Source: Armatimonadota bacterium (GTDB lineage Bacteria; Armatimonadota; SYMT01). From it: a stretch of 64,000 nt of DNA. Position 1 is the first letter of the stretch. Each line of letters begins with the position of its first letter. The DNA lies in NCBI GenBank assembly GCA_046292385.1, contig JBKBRF010000014.1, positions 24,234 to 88,233 of the forward strand, given 5' to 3'. The translations under genes and the position numbers were made by a program. Positions 33,343 to 44,886 of the stretch are shown here, piece after piece. The notes under the pieces are model-generated. The model worked only from the letters and a program-made list of their open reading frames with translations, did no database searches and was not told the DNA's origin.

Positions 33343-33553
33343 GACGTTTCTTCTGATCTGCGGGAGTGGGAGCAAGGGGGAGTGGGAGAGCCGCTCCCTC
33401 GTGGCTGTTAACGGGTTTCCGTTGGGCAGGCTCCAGGTTCCGAATCCCACCCACCGGGCAGTTCAACCTGCAACCTGCAACGTGCTAACTTGGAACAGAC
33501 GTCGCCCACTCTCCCTTGCCAAATCCGCCCCTCCATCCCGGACCGACGGAGTA

Positions 33554-34078
33554 CTACGTCCCCGGGACCGGTTTTCCCTCGTGGTCGAAGAGCTGGATCG
33601 CGCCGCCCGCGAAGCCGGAGGAGAGCAGCAGGCCCGGCTTCCCCTCGCCGTTCTGCACGCTCATCACGCTGCTGCCGGCACCGGTGGAGAGGAGGATCCG
33701 GCCGTCGTCGACCCCGCTCGTGAGGCCGCAGACGCCGCTGTCGCCGGAGGCGAGCAGCGCCGCGACCATCTTGCCGCCGCGGTTGTAGACGCGGACGCGG
33801 CCGCCGTCCGCGCTGGCGGTGAGCCCGGAGAGCATCGTGCCGTCTGCGTCGTAGAGGTCCATCCCGCCGCCGGCTGCGTCCGCGAAGAGGACCGCCACCG
33901 GGCGGCCGTCGCGGTTGTAGAGGCGCAGGCACGGGATGTTCTCCACGATGCCGACGTCGAGCAGGGTCTCGCCTCCGGGGCCGGTCACGCGCAGCGGCGC
34001 CGGGATCTCCCCCCGCTCCGCCTCCAGCTCCGCCACCCGCCGCTCCAGGCGCTCGATCCGCTCCAGCAGCTCTTCCAC
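33554..34078 (-). CDS. Hypothetical protein (N-terminal coiled coil, repeated beta hairpins LY.RDG)
   Basis: GTG after GGAGA; periodic LY[ND]xxG motifs. Confidence 0.7.
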   Translation of the reverse strand: MEELLERIERLERRVAELEAERGEIPAPLRVTGPGGETLLDVGIVENIPCLRLYNRDGRPVAVLFADAAGGGMDLYDADGTMLSGLTASADGGRVRVYNRGGKMVAALLASGDSGVCGLTSGVDDGRILLSTGAGSSVMSVQNGEGKPGLLLSSGFAGGAIQLFDHEGKPVPGT

Positions 34079-34248
34079 GGCCTCTCCTTCCGGACCCCTA
34101 CGCGATTGGACCCATGGAACCTTAACGCAGGGGAGCGGTTCGGGTTGCGGAAGATTGGAGAGCGGGTGAGCTGCTCCCACGGGGTAGTTCACAGCGCGGC
34201 TGATGCCGCAACCAATCTCAAGGCGGCGGGGGAATGCTTGGTAAGACG

Positions 34249-34542
34249 AGATCAGCATCTCTCCGAGGATCCACCCCGCGCCCTCCCCGCGCGGAGCGGC
34301 CCTCCCGCGTGGGGGGCCCTCCGCGGCCCTTTCACGCTCCGGCTTCGCCTCCGCTAGCGGGCGCTGCGGGCGTGCTCCCTGGCGCGCTGCGTTCCGCGTC
34401 CGAAGGCGGCACCTGCAGCGGGAAGACGGTTCACGGGCCGCTCCGCGCGGCTCAAGCGACCACCCCTACCGCCCGCAAGCGGGCACCCGGGTAGTCACAG
34501 GTGAAACCCTCCAGCCCTGCCTCCGGCAGCGCTTCCGGGCTC
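34249..34542. other. Structured dispersed element or candidate ncRNA, copy B (inverted relative to copy A)
   Basis: See copy A; stem CCGCGCGGAGCGGCCC/GGGCCGCTCCGCGCGG. Confidence 0.7.
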
Positions 34543-34601
34543 CTTCGGAGCACTCCCCGCGCAGAAGCTGCACGTCCCGACAAGATTCTCACTGCGAGTA
34601 G

Positions 34602-34690
34602 TGCAGGTTCCAGGTTTCAGGTTTGCAGGTTCAGAACCCCGCCTCGCGGAGGGCTAACTTGCAACCTGCCAACCTGCCAACCTGCAACCA
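34602..34690. repeat. Inverted clusters of 7-8-mer repeats (GCAGGTT / AACCTGC); related cluster at ~33425-33485
   Basis: Read directly. Confidence 0.7.
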
Positions 34691-34721
34691 ACTTCCCCCA
34701 TTCACCCGCTCTTCCCGCGCA

Positions 34722-35792
34722 TCACGCCTTGCGGGCGGCGCCGCCGAGCCAGCGGCCGAGGAGGTTCATCTGGCGCACCTGGTTGAAGACCACCGCCGCC
34801 AGGAGGACGCCGCCGACCACCATTCCGCGCCAGAAGGTGGGGTTGTCCAGCGTCAGGTTGATGATGTTCAGGATCCACTCCAGCAGCATCACGCCGAGGA
34901 GGGTGCCGATCACGCTGCCGCGGCCGCCGGTGAGCGCCGCGCCGCCGATGACGGCCGCGCTGATGGCGTTCAGCTCGAACATCACGCCGGCACTCGGGTC
35001 GCCCTGGCCGCCGTAGCCGGCGTAGAGGATGCCCGCCACGCCGCCGAAGAGGCTGCAGGCACCGTAGGCGAAGAGCCGGACCTTGAAGACGCTGACGCCG
35101 GAGAGGCGGGAGGCTTCTTCGTTGCTGCCGACGGAGTAGACGTGCCGCCCCACCTGCGTCAGGTGGAGGGTCAGCATCATCGCGCCGGCCAGGACCACCA
35201 GGAGCAGGGTGGAGACCGGGATCCCGAAGCCGGTGCCGGCGAGCCAGATCTTCTGGTTACCCAGGAACGAGATGAACGGGAAGCGCTCGATCGGGAGCGG
35301 CAGCGCGTTGTTCAGCAGGAGGGCGCCGCTGCGCAGCATCGACATGGAAGCGAGCGTCACCACGAACGACGGCAGCTTGAGGAACTGGATCAGCGCGGCG
35401 TGGATCACCCCGAGCAGCAGCGAGGCGCCGAGCACCACCAGGATCCCCACGCCCATCGCCGCCGGGACGCTCACGCCGCCGTCCGCGAGCCGGGACATGA
35501 CGACGGCGAGCAGCATGCCGGCGAACGCGACCAGGGAGCCGATACTGAGGTCGATCCCGCCGGTGATGATCACCACCAGCACGCCGACGGCGAGGAACGA
35601 CTGCAGGCTGATCGTGCGCGTCAGACTGTCCCGGTTGAACTCGTTCGTGAACATGCCGAACCGCCCGGTCGCCGCCATGTAGATCAACAGCGCGACGAGG
35701 ACGATCAGCACGCTCGTCTCCGGCGCGGCGAACCAGCGGCGCAGGGCAGAGGTGGTCGGCTTGGTGTCGGAAAGCGTGGCCCCGTGGCTCAA
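34722..35792 (-). CDS. Sugar ABC transporter permease (RbsC-like)
   Basis: IITGGIDLSIGS, GRHVYSVGSNEEASRLSGV, ELNAISAAVIGG. Confidence 0.94.
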   Translation of the reverse strand: MSHGATLSDTKPTTSALRRWFAAPETSVLIVLVALLIYMAATGRFGMFTNEFNRDSLTRTISLQSFLAVGVLVVIITGGIDLSIGSLVAFAGMLLAVVMSRLADGGVSVPAAMGVGILVVLGASLLLGVIHAALIQFLKLPSFVVTLASMSMLRSGALLLNNALPLPIERFPFISFLGNQKIWLAGTGFGIPVSTLLLVVLAGAMMLTLHLTQVGRHVYSVGSNEEASRLSGVSVFKVRLFAYGACSLFGGVAGILYAGYGGQGDPSAGVMFELNAISAAVIGGAALTGGRGSVIGTLLGVMLLEWILNIINLTLDNPTFWRGMVVGGVLLAAVVFNQVRQMNLLGRWLGGAARKA

Positions 35793-35897
35793 CGGTCTAC
35801 TCCTTGGGGGTTGGTTGGGCGGGATCGGTGGGGAAATGGGAGAGGCGGCTCCGGCCGGAGCCGCCTCTCGGGACGGGTCGATGACAGCGGTCGGAGA

Positions 35898-37022
35898 TCA
35901 GGAAGACTTGATCCCCATCTTCGCCAGCTTATCGCGGTACTCCTTGACGTTGGCGGGGGTGATCGTCTCCACGCCGGTGTCATACAGCAGCGAGTCCGGG
36001 ATGTTCATCTCCTTCTTCGCCTCGCTGAAGCCCTTTCGGTTGATCAGCGTGAGCAGCTTGACGGAGAGATAGCCGAAGTCGTACGGCTTCTGCACGATGG
36101 TGGCGTCGATCAGCCCCTTGTCGAGCGCCTGGAGGGTCTGCGGCTCGGCGTCGAAGGCGACCACCTTGTACTGGCTCTTGCGGTTGCCGACCGCCTGCAC
36201 GATCGCCGGGCCGTTGTAGCTGTAGAGACCGAGGAGACCGTCGACATCCGGGTACTTCTGCAGCGCGTTTTCCACGTTGGAGCGCGCGCGGGCCGGGTCC
36301 TTGTCGTCCCCGATCACTTCCTTGAGGGTGATGCCGGCTTCCTTGGCGGTCTTCTCGAAGCCCTCCTGCCGCTCGCGAGCGTTCTCCGCGGAGATGTTGC
36401 CGACGAACCCGAGGAACTCGCCGCCGTTCGGGAGCAGCTCCGCCGCCGCGCGGCCCGCCGCCTCACCCGCGGTGACGTTGTTGGTGCCGATGTAGGCGAG
36501 CCGGCGGGAGCCGGTGGAATCCGAGTCGAAGGTGACGAGCGGCACGCCCTTGCTGATCACCATGTCGATCATCTCCTTCGAGGCGTCGCCTTCGATGCAG
36601 GAGAGGGCGATACCGTCCGGATTGGTGGCGAGCGCCTCCTCCAGCATCTTCTTCTGGTTCGCCACGTTGGCCGGGTCCGGGCCGCGCCACGACGCCTCGA
36701 CCCCCAGCTCCTCGGCCGCGTCCTTCATGCCGACCGCCATCGGGTCCCAGAACGGGGAGATGCCGTTGGTGACGATCACGAACTTGAGCGGGCCTTCCGG
36801 CTTGCGGGGAGTCTCGAACTCGGCCGTCGCCGGAGTGCCGGTGGCGCCGCCGCCGTTCTCGCCCGTGGAGGCGACCGGCGCGGCGTTGCCGCCGCCGTTG
36901 CCGGTGGAAGGCGGCTCAGTGGTGCAGGAGGCGAGCAGCACGCTGAGCGGCAGCAGCGCGCCCGCCAGCAGCCACGCTGGGCGCCGGCCGCGCGCGGGCC
37001 GCGGGGAGAGAGAAATCGACAT
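35898..37022 (-). CDS. Sugar ABC transporter substrate-binding lipoprotein
   Basis: LASC lipobox; SPFW, VTFDSD, YIGTNN, QKPYDFGY. Confidence 0.92.
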   Translation of the reverse strand: MSISLSPRPARGRRPAWLLAGALLPLSVLLASCTTEPPSTGNGGGNAAPVASTGENGGGATGTPATAEFETPRKPEGPLKFVIVTNGISPFWDPMAVGMKDAAEELGVEASWRGPDPANVANQKKMLEEALATNPDGIALSCIEGDASKEMIDMVISKGVPLVTFDSDSTGSRRLAYIGTNNVTAGEAAGRAAAELLPNGGEFLGFVGNISAENARERQEGFEKTAKEAGITLKEVIGDDKDPARARSNVENALQKYPDVDGLLGLYSYNGPAIVQAVGNRKSQYKVVAFDAEPQTLQALDKGLIDATIVQKPYDFGYLSVKLLTLINRKGFSEAKKEMNIPDSLLYDTGVETITPANVKEYRDKLAKMGIKSS

Positions 37023-37188
37023 CGAAGAATCCTCCGAGATGGACACACGGGAACCGCCGGAGCTGCGGCGCTCCGGCGGCGGTATCTACCTAATTTGCGG
37101 GCGCCCGCGGCACATTCCTGCGCCAGCCGCCTTCGCCGAGGGCAGCCGATCCCCTGGGAAGAACGGAGCACAGGCGGTCAGGGGCGCA

Positions 37189-37481
37189 GTGCGTATCGCG
37201 TATTCCGTAGCGAGCGCGGGCCTGTCTTGGCGCGCATCGTGCCGGACGAAGGCCTGCAGAGAAGCATATCACCCGGCACGATACCGAAGTGAACAGAGTA
37301 AGGCTCTGCGCTGGAGGCAGGCGGCTTGTTGCATATTCCGTATCTCGTATCGCGTAGCGGGTCGCCGGCCCCGATTTCCGTAAGGTCGTGCCGGGCGGAG
37401 TGGCTGCAACGCGTTCCGCCCGGCAGGATCCGCTGCAGAGCGGTATAGGGCTACCGCTACGCAATACGGAATACGCAATAC
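37189..37481. repeat. Three CGCTAC(GSRATAC)n heptamer clusters (two inverted, one direct); fourth at ~48778-48808
   Basis: GCGTATCGCGTATTCCGTAGCG, TATTCCGTATCTCGTATCGCGTAGCG, CGCTACGCAATACGGAATACGCAATAC. Confidence 0.75.
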
Positions 37482-37492
37482 TCGACAGCCGT

Positions 37493-39313
<1,821 letters not shown>

Positions 39314-39643
39314 CGCTTCTCACTCCTCCGGTCGCCCGCCCCGAACGACCCTACGCTTGATTAACTGGTAACCACAAGACTGTTGGTGGTCGAAGGCCCC
39401 GCCTCCGGTTCGGTGCAGCGCTCCCAATCATACCGCGGTTCCACCGAAATCCCCGGCCGATTCTCGACGACCGAGGCTCACACTATCTATATGCCGCACG
39501 GTACGTTTCCTAATCACTGCGGCGGACGGAAGTTAGTAAGGAGAGCGCTCCCTCTGCAGGCGCCCCCTCTGCAGTCGCCCGAGGAACGACCGGCCGTCGA
39601 GGCGAACGCTCTCCGGCAGACGCAGTTCCATTGGGAGAGAGGC

Positions 39644-40375
39644 ATGAGCAGGCTCGAGGGGAAGACGGCAGTCGTGACCGGCGGCAACCGGGGGATCGGG
39701 GCGGCGATCGCGCGGGCGATGGCAAAGGAAGGCGCCTCCGTGGTGGTGGCGGCGCGAGACGCCGCGCGGCTGGAGGAGGTCGCCGCCGGCATCGCGGCAG
39801 AGGGCGGCGCGGCGCTGGCGGTGCCGACCGACGTGACCGACGAGGCGCAGGTGGAGGCGCTCTTCCGCCAGGCGGTGGAGCGGTTCGGGAAGGTCGACAT
39901 CCTGGTCAACAACGCCGGCGCCTTCGACGGCGGCCCGCTGGAGGAGCTCTCCCTGGAGACCTGGGAGAAGGTGATGGCGGTCAACCTGCGCGGCCCGTTC
40001 CTCTGCACCCGCGCCGCCTTCCGGCTGATGAAGGAGCAGGGCGGCGGCCGCATCATCAACATCGCCAGCATCTCCGCCCAGCGGGTGCGCCCCCACTCCG
40101 CCCCCTACAGCACCAGCAAGCACGGTCTCTGGGGCCTCACGCAGGTCACCGCCCTGGAAGGCCGCCCGTACGGCATCGCCGCGAGCTGCCTCCACCCCGG
40201 CAACACCCTGAACGAGCGCCGCGCCCAGCGCGCCACGGAGCAGGACGAAGAGCCGATGATGAGCTGCGAGGAGCTGGCCGAGACCGCCCTGCTGATGGCT
40301 TCGCTGCCGCCCCACGTGAACATGCTGGAAGCGATTGTACTGCCGGTGGAGCAGCTCTACGTCGGGCGTGGCTAG
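39644..40375 (+). CDS. SDR oxidoreductase (island insertion-site gene)
   Basis: TGGNRGIG, NNAG, YSTSK. Confidence 0.93.
   Translation: MSRLEGKTAVVTGGNRGIGAAIARAMAKEGASVVVAARDAARLEEVAAGIAAEGGAALAVPTDVTDEAQVEALFRQAVERFGKVDILVNNAGAFDGGPLEELSLETWEKVMAVNLRGPFLCTRAAFRLMKEQGGGRIINIASISAQRVRPHSAPYSTSKHGLWGLTQVTALEGRPYGIAASCLHPGNTLNERRAQRATEQDEEPMMSCEELAETALLMASLPPHVNMLEAIVLPVEQLYVGRG
40181..40375 (+). repeat. Left direct repeat (3' end of SDR gene)
   Basis: About 15 mismatches over 195 nt against 45926-46120 by manual alignment. Confidence 0.93.
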
Positions 40376-40547
40376 CGGGTTCCACAGTCGACACCGCATG
40401 TCAGGCAACGGGATCTAAACAGAGGTCCAGATTCAGAGTTGCCGTCAACGGGCACAGCGGTGTTCTTGATTGATGGCTCGTGTCCGGCCGGAGCAGATTA
40501 CCGGGCCACGCAGTGTAGCTGGCTGTTGACGAGAATGAGCAGGGGAA

Positions 40548-41903
40548 ATGTCGGGGCAGGGTAAAGTTCACACTTCGGAAGACGAAACCGCACGAGGAAC
40601 GCTGGTTACGAAGTCGTCGGAAGCGCTCGAGCAAATGCTGAGAGACTATCAAGTGAGCCAGCGTCCACTTGAGGTGAATTTCAGGACCCTCGTGGGAGCG
40701 ATACCGATACATGATCTTACCCATTCAATTTGCCCCTATCCCGCGCGCCTTCTCCGCCAGATCCCTCGCTTCTTTCTCCATTGCGAGCAACTTTCGACGC
40801 GGGATACGGTCGTGGTCGATCCATTTTGCGGTTCAGGCACGGTGCTAGTGGAGGCGGTAGCGGCCGGCAAACAGGCTTGGGGCATAGACAAGAACCCTTT
40901 CGCTCGTCTGCTTTCGCAGGTGAAAACCACCCATGTAGATTGCCAAGCGGCAAATGCCGCGGCGTTAGCGGTGCTCGAAAGGGCGAAAAGGAGCCGAACG
41001 GTTGTAGAACCGGAAATAGTTAATGCTGAACTCTGGTTTGCACCCAAGGTTAGGAGCGCTCTGCGGCGAATAAAAGGAGCGATCAGCGATTCGAAGCTCC
41101 CAATCGAAATAGAGAGATACCTACTCGTCTGTTTAGCCGTTACCGCCGATAAGTGTAGTTTACGTGATCGGCGCATCCCCGTACCCGTTCGTCGTAGCGA
41201 CTGGCAGCAGTTCTCAGTGAAGCAAGACTCCCGAACCGTATGGATGAGTTTTGAAGCTGTAGCACATGCAGTCGCCGCTCGGATAAGCGGATTGCCAAAG
41301 TCCACCGGAGCCGCATTCGTATATGGGGATGACGCACTCAACGTAGATGAATTCTATGACGCTTCGATGTCAGGAATAATTCAAAGACCGAGTTTGCTCG
41401 TCACAAGTCCGCCCTACGGGGCGGCGCAAAAGTACATCCGAAGCAGCAGCCTCGCTATCGGGTGGACTGGACTGGCAAGCCCGAAGGGCCTAACGCAGCT
41501 CGAAAGAGAACTCATCGGAAGAGAACATTTAAGAAAGCCCGATTTGGAGATGCTGCAATCTCCATCTCCGCTGATTGACCATGAAATCAGATGCATCTTC
41601 AAGAGAGATCCTCAGCGGGCGGCGATATATGCGGAGTACTTCAGAGCCATGGATAAGGCGATAGCAGCCTTCGGAAGACTCCTGCAGCCGGGAGCATTCT
41701 CGGTAGTCATAGCAGGAACCAATATAGTTGCTGGCAGGATGATTGAGACACACAGATTCCTACGAGATCTTTCGGTGAATCACGGATTCTCGCCAGTGCT
41801 AGAACTGAGAGACACAATTCGGGGTAGGACTCTGCTGACTAAGCGCGCATCTACTGCGAGACCGCTGTCACACGAAACCATCCATGTTCTCCAGAGGAGG
41901 TAA
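40548..41903 (+). CDS. Amino-DNA methyltransferase (SPPY type, probably N4mC; motif I before motif IV)
   Basis: HSICPYPARL, DPFCGSGT (SAM binding), TSPPY (catalytic). Confidence 0.88.
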   Translation: MSGQGKVHTSEDETARGTLVTKSSEALEQMLRDYQVSQRPLEVNFRTLVGAIPIHDLTHSICPYPARLLRQIPRFFLHCEQLSTRDTVVVDPFCGSGTVLVEAVAAGKQAWGIDKNPFARLLSQVKTTHVDCQAANAAALAVLERAKRSRTVVEPEIVNAELWFAPKVRSALRRIKGAISDSKLPIEIERYLLVCLAVTADKCSLRDRRIPVPVRRSDWQQFSVKQDSRTVWMSFEAVAHAVAARISGLPKSTGAAFVYGDDALNVDEFYDASMSGIIQRPSLLVTSPPYGAAQKYIRSSSLAIGWTGLASPKGLTQLERELIGREHLRKPDLEMLQSPSPLIDHEIRCIFKRDPQRAAIYAEYFRAMDKAIAAFGRLLQPGAFSVVIAGTNIVAGRMIETHRFLRDLSVNHGFSPVLELRDTIRGRTLLTKRASTARPLSHETIHVLQRR

Positions 41904-41908
41904 AGTGC

Positions 41909-42871
41909 ATGGGCAGTGATACCGAGGAAGAATTGATCCGTCGGATCAAGACTTTGTCCGAGCAAGTCTGGGAAGGCAGGTGCAAATCTCCAGATATGGG
42001 TGAGTGGCTACGGAACTTTACCGGCCGCCATTGCGGAAGTGCCGAGGTTGAGCATCTCCACGCGTTGCACCTACTCGCTCATGTCTCATACTTCGGGCTC
42101 AGAGAATTGCGGATTCTACTGCGCGCGATGTATCGCGAACTATTCCGCTATCCAATCGTACAGCAGATTCGATCCGATCTTGGAGGAAGCCGTGACGCGG
42201 CCTCAATTCATCGCGTTTACTCCGATGAACTGAAGTCGACACGTTTTGTGGGTATGGGGAACCCGGCCGAGAGTGGCACGCATTTGCTCTACTACTTCAG
42301 GCAGGAGAACCAGCTTCCTCGAAAGTGCTTCGCCAGCCAACACGAACTCCTCAACGCTGGTATCACAGATGCTAAAGTAGACTTTTCCGACCCCGGTCTC
42401 AAACGAGTAGTATTCATTGACGACTTGTGTGGGAGTGGAGATCAAGCGGTGCGGTATAGCAGAACCCTGTTGAAAGATCTGCGTACTATCGCAGTAAGGC
42501 GTGGCCGGGAATTACAGTTTCAATACTTGGTACTCTTCGGGGCGGTCCCGGGTCTGGAGCGTGCGGCGACTTCAACCGAATTTGACATCGTGAAGGCGGT
42601 AAATGAACTAGATGAGTCTTGCCAAGTATATGCCACCAACTCGCGGCTGTTTCGGAAACCCCCTCCCGGGATAGACGCGGCGCTGTCGCACGAACTGGCA
42701 TCCGGCTACGGTGAGGAGTTGTGGCCGGAACATCCGCTAGGGTTTTCGAACGGACAATTACTGTTGGCCTTTCATCATAACGTGCCGGACAACTCGTTGC
42801 CAATTCTCTGGCACGATGATGAGACGCCACCGTGGAACCCGATTTTTCCTCGACAACCCAAGCTAGACTGA
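41909..42871 (+). CDS. Phosphoribosyltransferase-like protein
   Basis: VVFIDDLCGSG PRPP-binding-like motif; HNVPDNSLPILW. Confidence 0.75.
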   Translation: MGSDTEEELIRRIKTLSEQVWEGRCKSPDMGEWLRNFTGRHCGSAEVEHLHALHLLAHVSYFGLRELRILLRAMYRELFRYPIVQQIRSDLGGSRDAASIHRVYSDELKSTRFVGMGNPAESGTHLLYYFRQENQLPRKCFASQHELLNAGITDAKVDFSDPGLKRVVFIDDLCGSGDQAVRYSRTLLKDLRTIAVRRGRELQFQYLVLFGAVPGLERAATSTEFDIVKAVNELDESCQVYATNSRLFRKPPPGIDAALSHELASGYGEELWPEHPLGFSNGQLLLAFHHNVPDNSLPILWHDDETPPWNPIFPRQPKLD

Positions 42872-42879
42872 GGTGCTAG

Positions 42880-44886
42880 ATGCCAGCGAATCCGTTCGAG
42901 ATTACCAAAGCGGTAGATTTTACTGACGAGCAAATTGTGCAGAACTGGGTAGACTTGCCGGGTGGAGGCTTTCAGTCTCTCGCCGATCCCCGATCGCCCA
43001 TGCCCAGGTTCTTGGTAGGAGGAAAGGGTGGAGGTCGCACACATATGCTGCGGTACTTCTCCTATCCGCTGCAGCGGTTACGTCACGGGAATGACTTGCT
43101 TTCAGCAATACAGGATGATGGATATGCTGGAGTGTATTTCCGATGTACTGGTCTGAATTCTTCGCGGTTTTCGGGGAAGCAGCAAAGTCCCGAAGTATGG
43201 AGCGCTGTGTTTGCATACTACATGGAGATTTGGCTGGGCCGTCTCGTCGTCGACTTAATCAGGGAGTTAGGGTTGGGTAACGCGCAACTCGCTAACACCA
43301 CATCGTCGATGGACTTCGTGAAAGGCGTGAGAGGTCTCTTTGATGAAGAGATCGAGTCAAGCCTGTCGCAGTTGGACACGCTCGACCAATTAGCGGTCTC
43401 CCTTCATAACATCCAGCGCCAGCTTGATCTCTCGATCAACAATGTCGCTCTAACTAGATCCCTCGATGTGCGAATTGCGGTCACCCCTGGGCGGCTGGTT
43501 TTCGGAATACCGGAACTTGCAACCCGAACATTTCCGCAGATCTCTGGCTTAACATTTGCTTACCTCCTCGACGAGTTTGAGAATCTAAGCGAGGATCAGC
43601 AGCGCTATGTAAATACACTGGTGCGTGAGAAGCAACTTCCCACGACATTTGTCATTGGAAGTCGTCAGTTCGGATTGCGAACGCAAGAGACGCTAAGCGC
43701 CGGGGAAGAGAACAAGCAGGGAAGCGAGTTTGACCTGGTCGTATTAGAGGATGCATATCGAACCTCGGATAAGTACTATCACAGCTTTTGCGAAAGAATC
43801 ATTCGAAAGAGACTGGATGCCGCAGGAGTGGATGTCTATCGCCCGGAGAGGCTCGACGCTTATTTCAGCAAGCCATTGGGAGGGGTCTCCGGACTAGAGG
43901 AGCGAGCGCGGATTCATGTTTCGGAGTGCCTTGGTGATCAAGATGAGCGACCGTGGATCATCCGCCTTAAGGATCAACTTCTGCAGTGGTCACCGGGTCA
44001 GGATATAGGAAAGATCATTGAGGAAGTAAGGTTTCCGTCGAGTCCACTCCACGAGAAGTTTGCAGTGCTGCTGGTTTATCGATCCTGGGCCGATGGCAAT
44101 GACCCGCTACGAGAAGCGCGACAGTTCCGATTCCGGATAGAAGCACTAGCTAATGGCGCGCGCGTGGGAGATGACTTAGCCACAACCTATAAACACTACA
44201 GGGGAGATCTCTACGCACAATTGGTCTCGCAGTTGCGTCGGCCGCAGGAGTACCACGGGATTGACGATTTCGTGCTCATGTCCGGCTATCTCCCAAGGAA
44301 TCTTCTGGTGTTACTAAAGCAAGTGACGCGGTGGTCATTATTCCTTGGAGAACACCCGTTCCGCGGTGAGCTGATATCTTCGAAGGCTCAAACTGAAGGA
44401 GTGCGCGAAGCGAGCAACTGGTTTCTTAGCGACTCCAAGGGATTGGGGCGGATCGGTGAAGAAACGGAACTGGCGGTGCGGCGTCTTGGGGGTCTCTTTC
44501 GGGACATGAGATTCGCTGACAAACCGGTTGAAGTAAGTTGCTCGTCATTCTCAACTGATCGCCGGGGACTCACTGACAGAGCTATCGCCGTCCTGGACAA
44601 TGCCGTATCGCATAGTTTAATACTTAAGGTGCCAACTGGGCGGCGTGAGCGAAACACTCACGTACTACAGCACAAGTATCAATTGAACCCCATGCTTGCT
44701 CCATTGTTTGACTTGTCGGTCGCCAGAAGAGGCACAGCGAACTTTACTCCCGAGCAATTAGTCGCACTTTTTGATCCAAGTGTCGATGCAGAGCACTTCA
44801 TCGCTGAGCGAACGCGGCTCTTGGCGCGGCTGAATGCTCCGTTCTCTACTCCGACTCCGCAGCCAGCCCTGGATTTCTCTGAGTGA
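42880..44886 (+). CDS. ORC/CDC6-like P-loop ATPase
   Basis: NPF start, Walker A variant GGKGGGRT, Walker B YLLDEFENL, SGYLPRNLL sensor-like motif. Confidence 0.75.
   Translation: MPANPFEITKAVDFTDEQIVQNWVDLPGGGFQSLADPRSPMPRFLVGGKGGGRTHMLRYFSYPLQRLRHGNDLLSAIQDDGYAGVYFRCTGLNSSRFSGKQQSPEVWSAVFAYYMEIWLGRLVVDLIRELGLGNAQLANTTSSMDFVKGVRGLFDEEIESSLSQLDTLDQLAVSLHNIQRQLDLSINNVALTRSLDVRIAVTPGRLVFGIPELATRTFPQISGLTFAYLLDEFENLSEDQQRYVNTLVREKQLPTTFVIGSRQFGLRTQETLSAGEENKQGSEFDLVVLEDAYRTSDKYYHSFCERIIRKRLDAAGVDVYRPERLDAYFSKPLGGVSGLEERARIHVSECLGDQDERPWIIRLKDQLLQWSPGQDIGKIIEEVRFPSSPLHEKFAVLLVYRSWADGNDPLREARQFRFRIEALANGARVGDDLATTYKHYRGDLYAQLVSQLRRPQEYHGIDDFVLMSGYLPRNLLVLLKQVTRWSLFLGEHPFRGELISSKAQTEGVREASNWFLSDSKGLGRIGEETELAVRRLGGLFRDMRFADKPVEVSCSSFSTDRRGLTDRAIAVLDNAVSHSLILKVPTGRRERNTHVLQHKYQLNPMLAPLFDLSVARRGTANFTPEQLVALFDPSVDAEHFIAERTRLLARLNAPFSTPTPQPALDFSE

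Noticed and set aside
34249..34542. Cobalamin riboswitch or group II intron domain V identity for the structured element
   Set aside because: Only short fragments resemble them (GAGCCCGGAAG, CCCGCAGCG), in the wrong order, and no domain V consensus is present.
39314..39640. glmS ribozyme upstream of glmS
   Set aside because: The conserved AGCGCC...GACGAGG core was not found on the minus strand.
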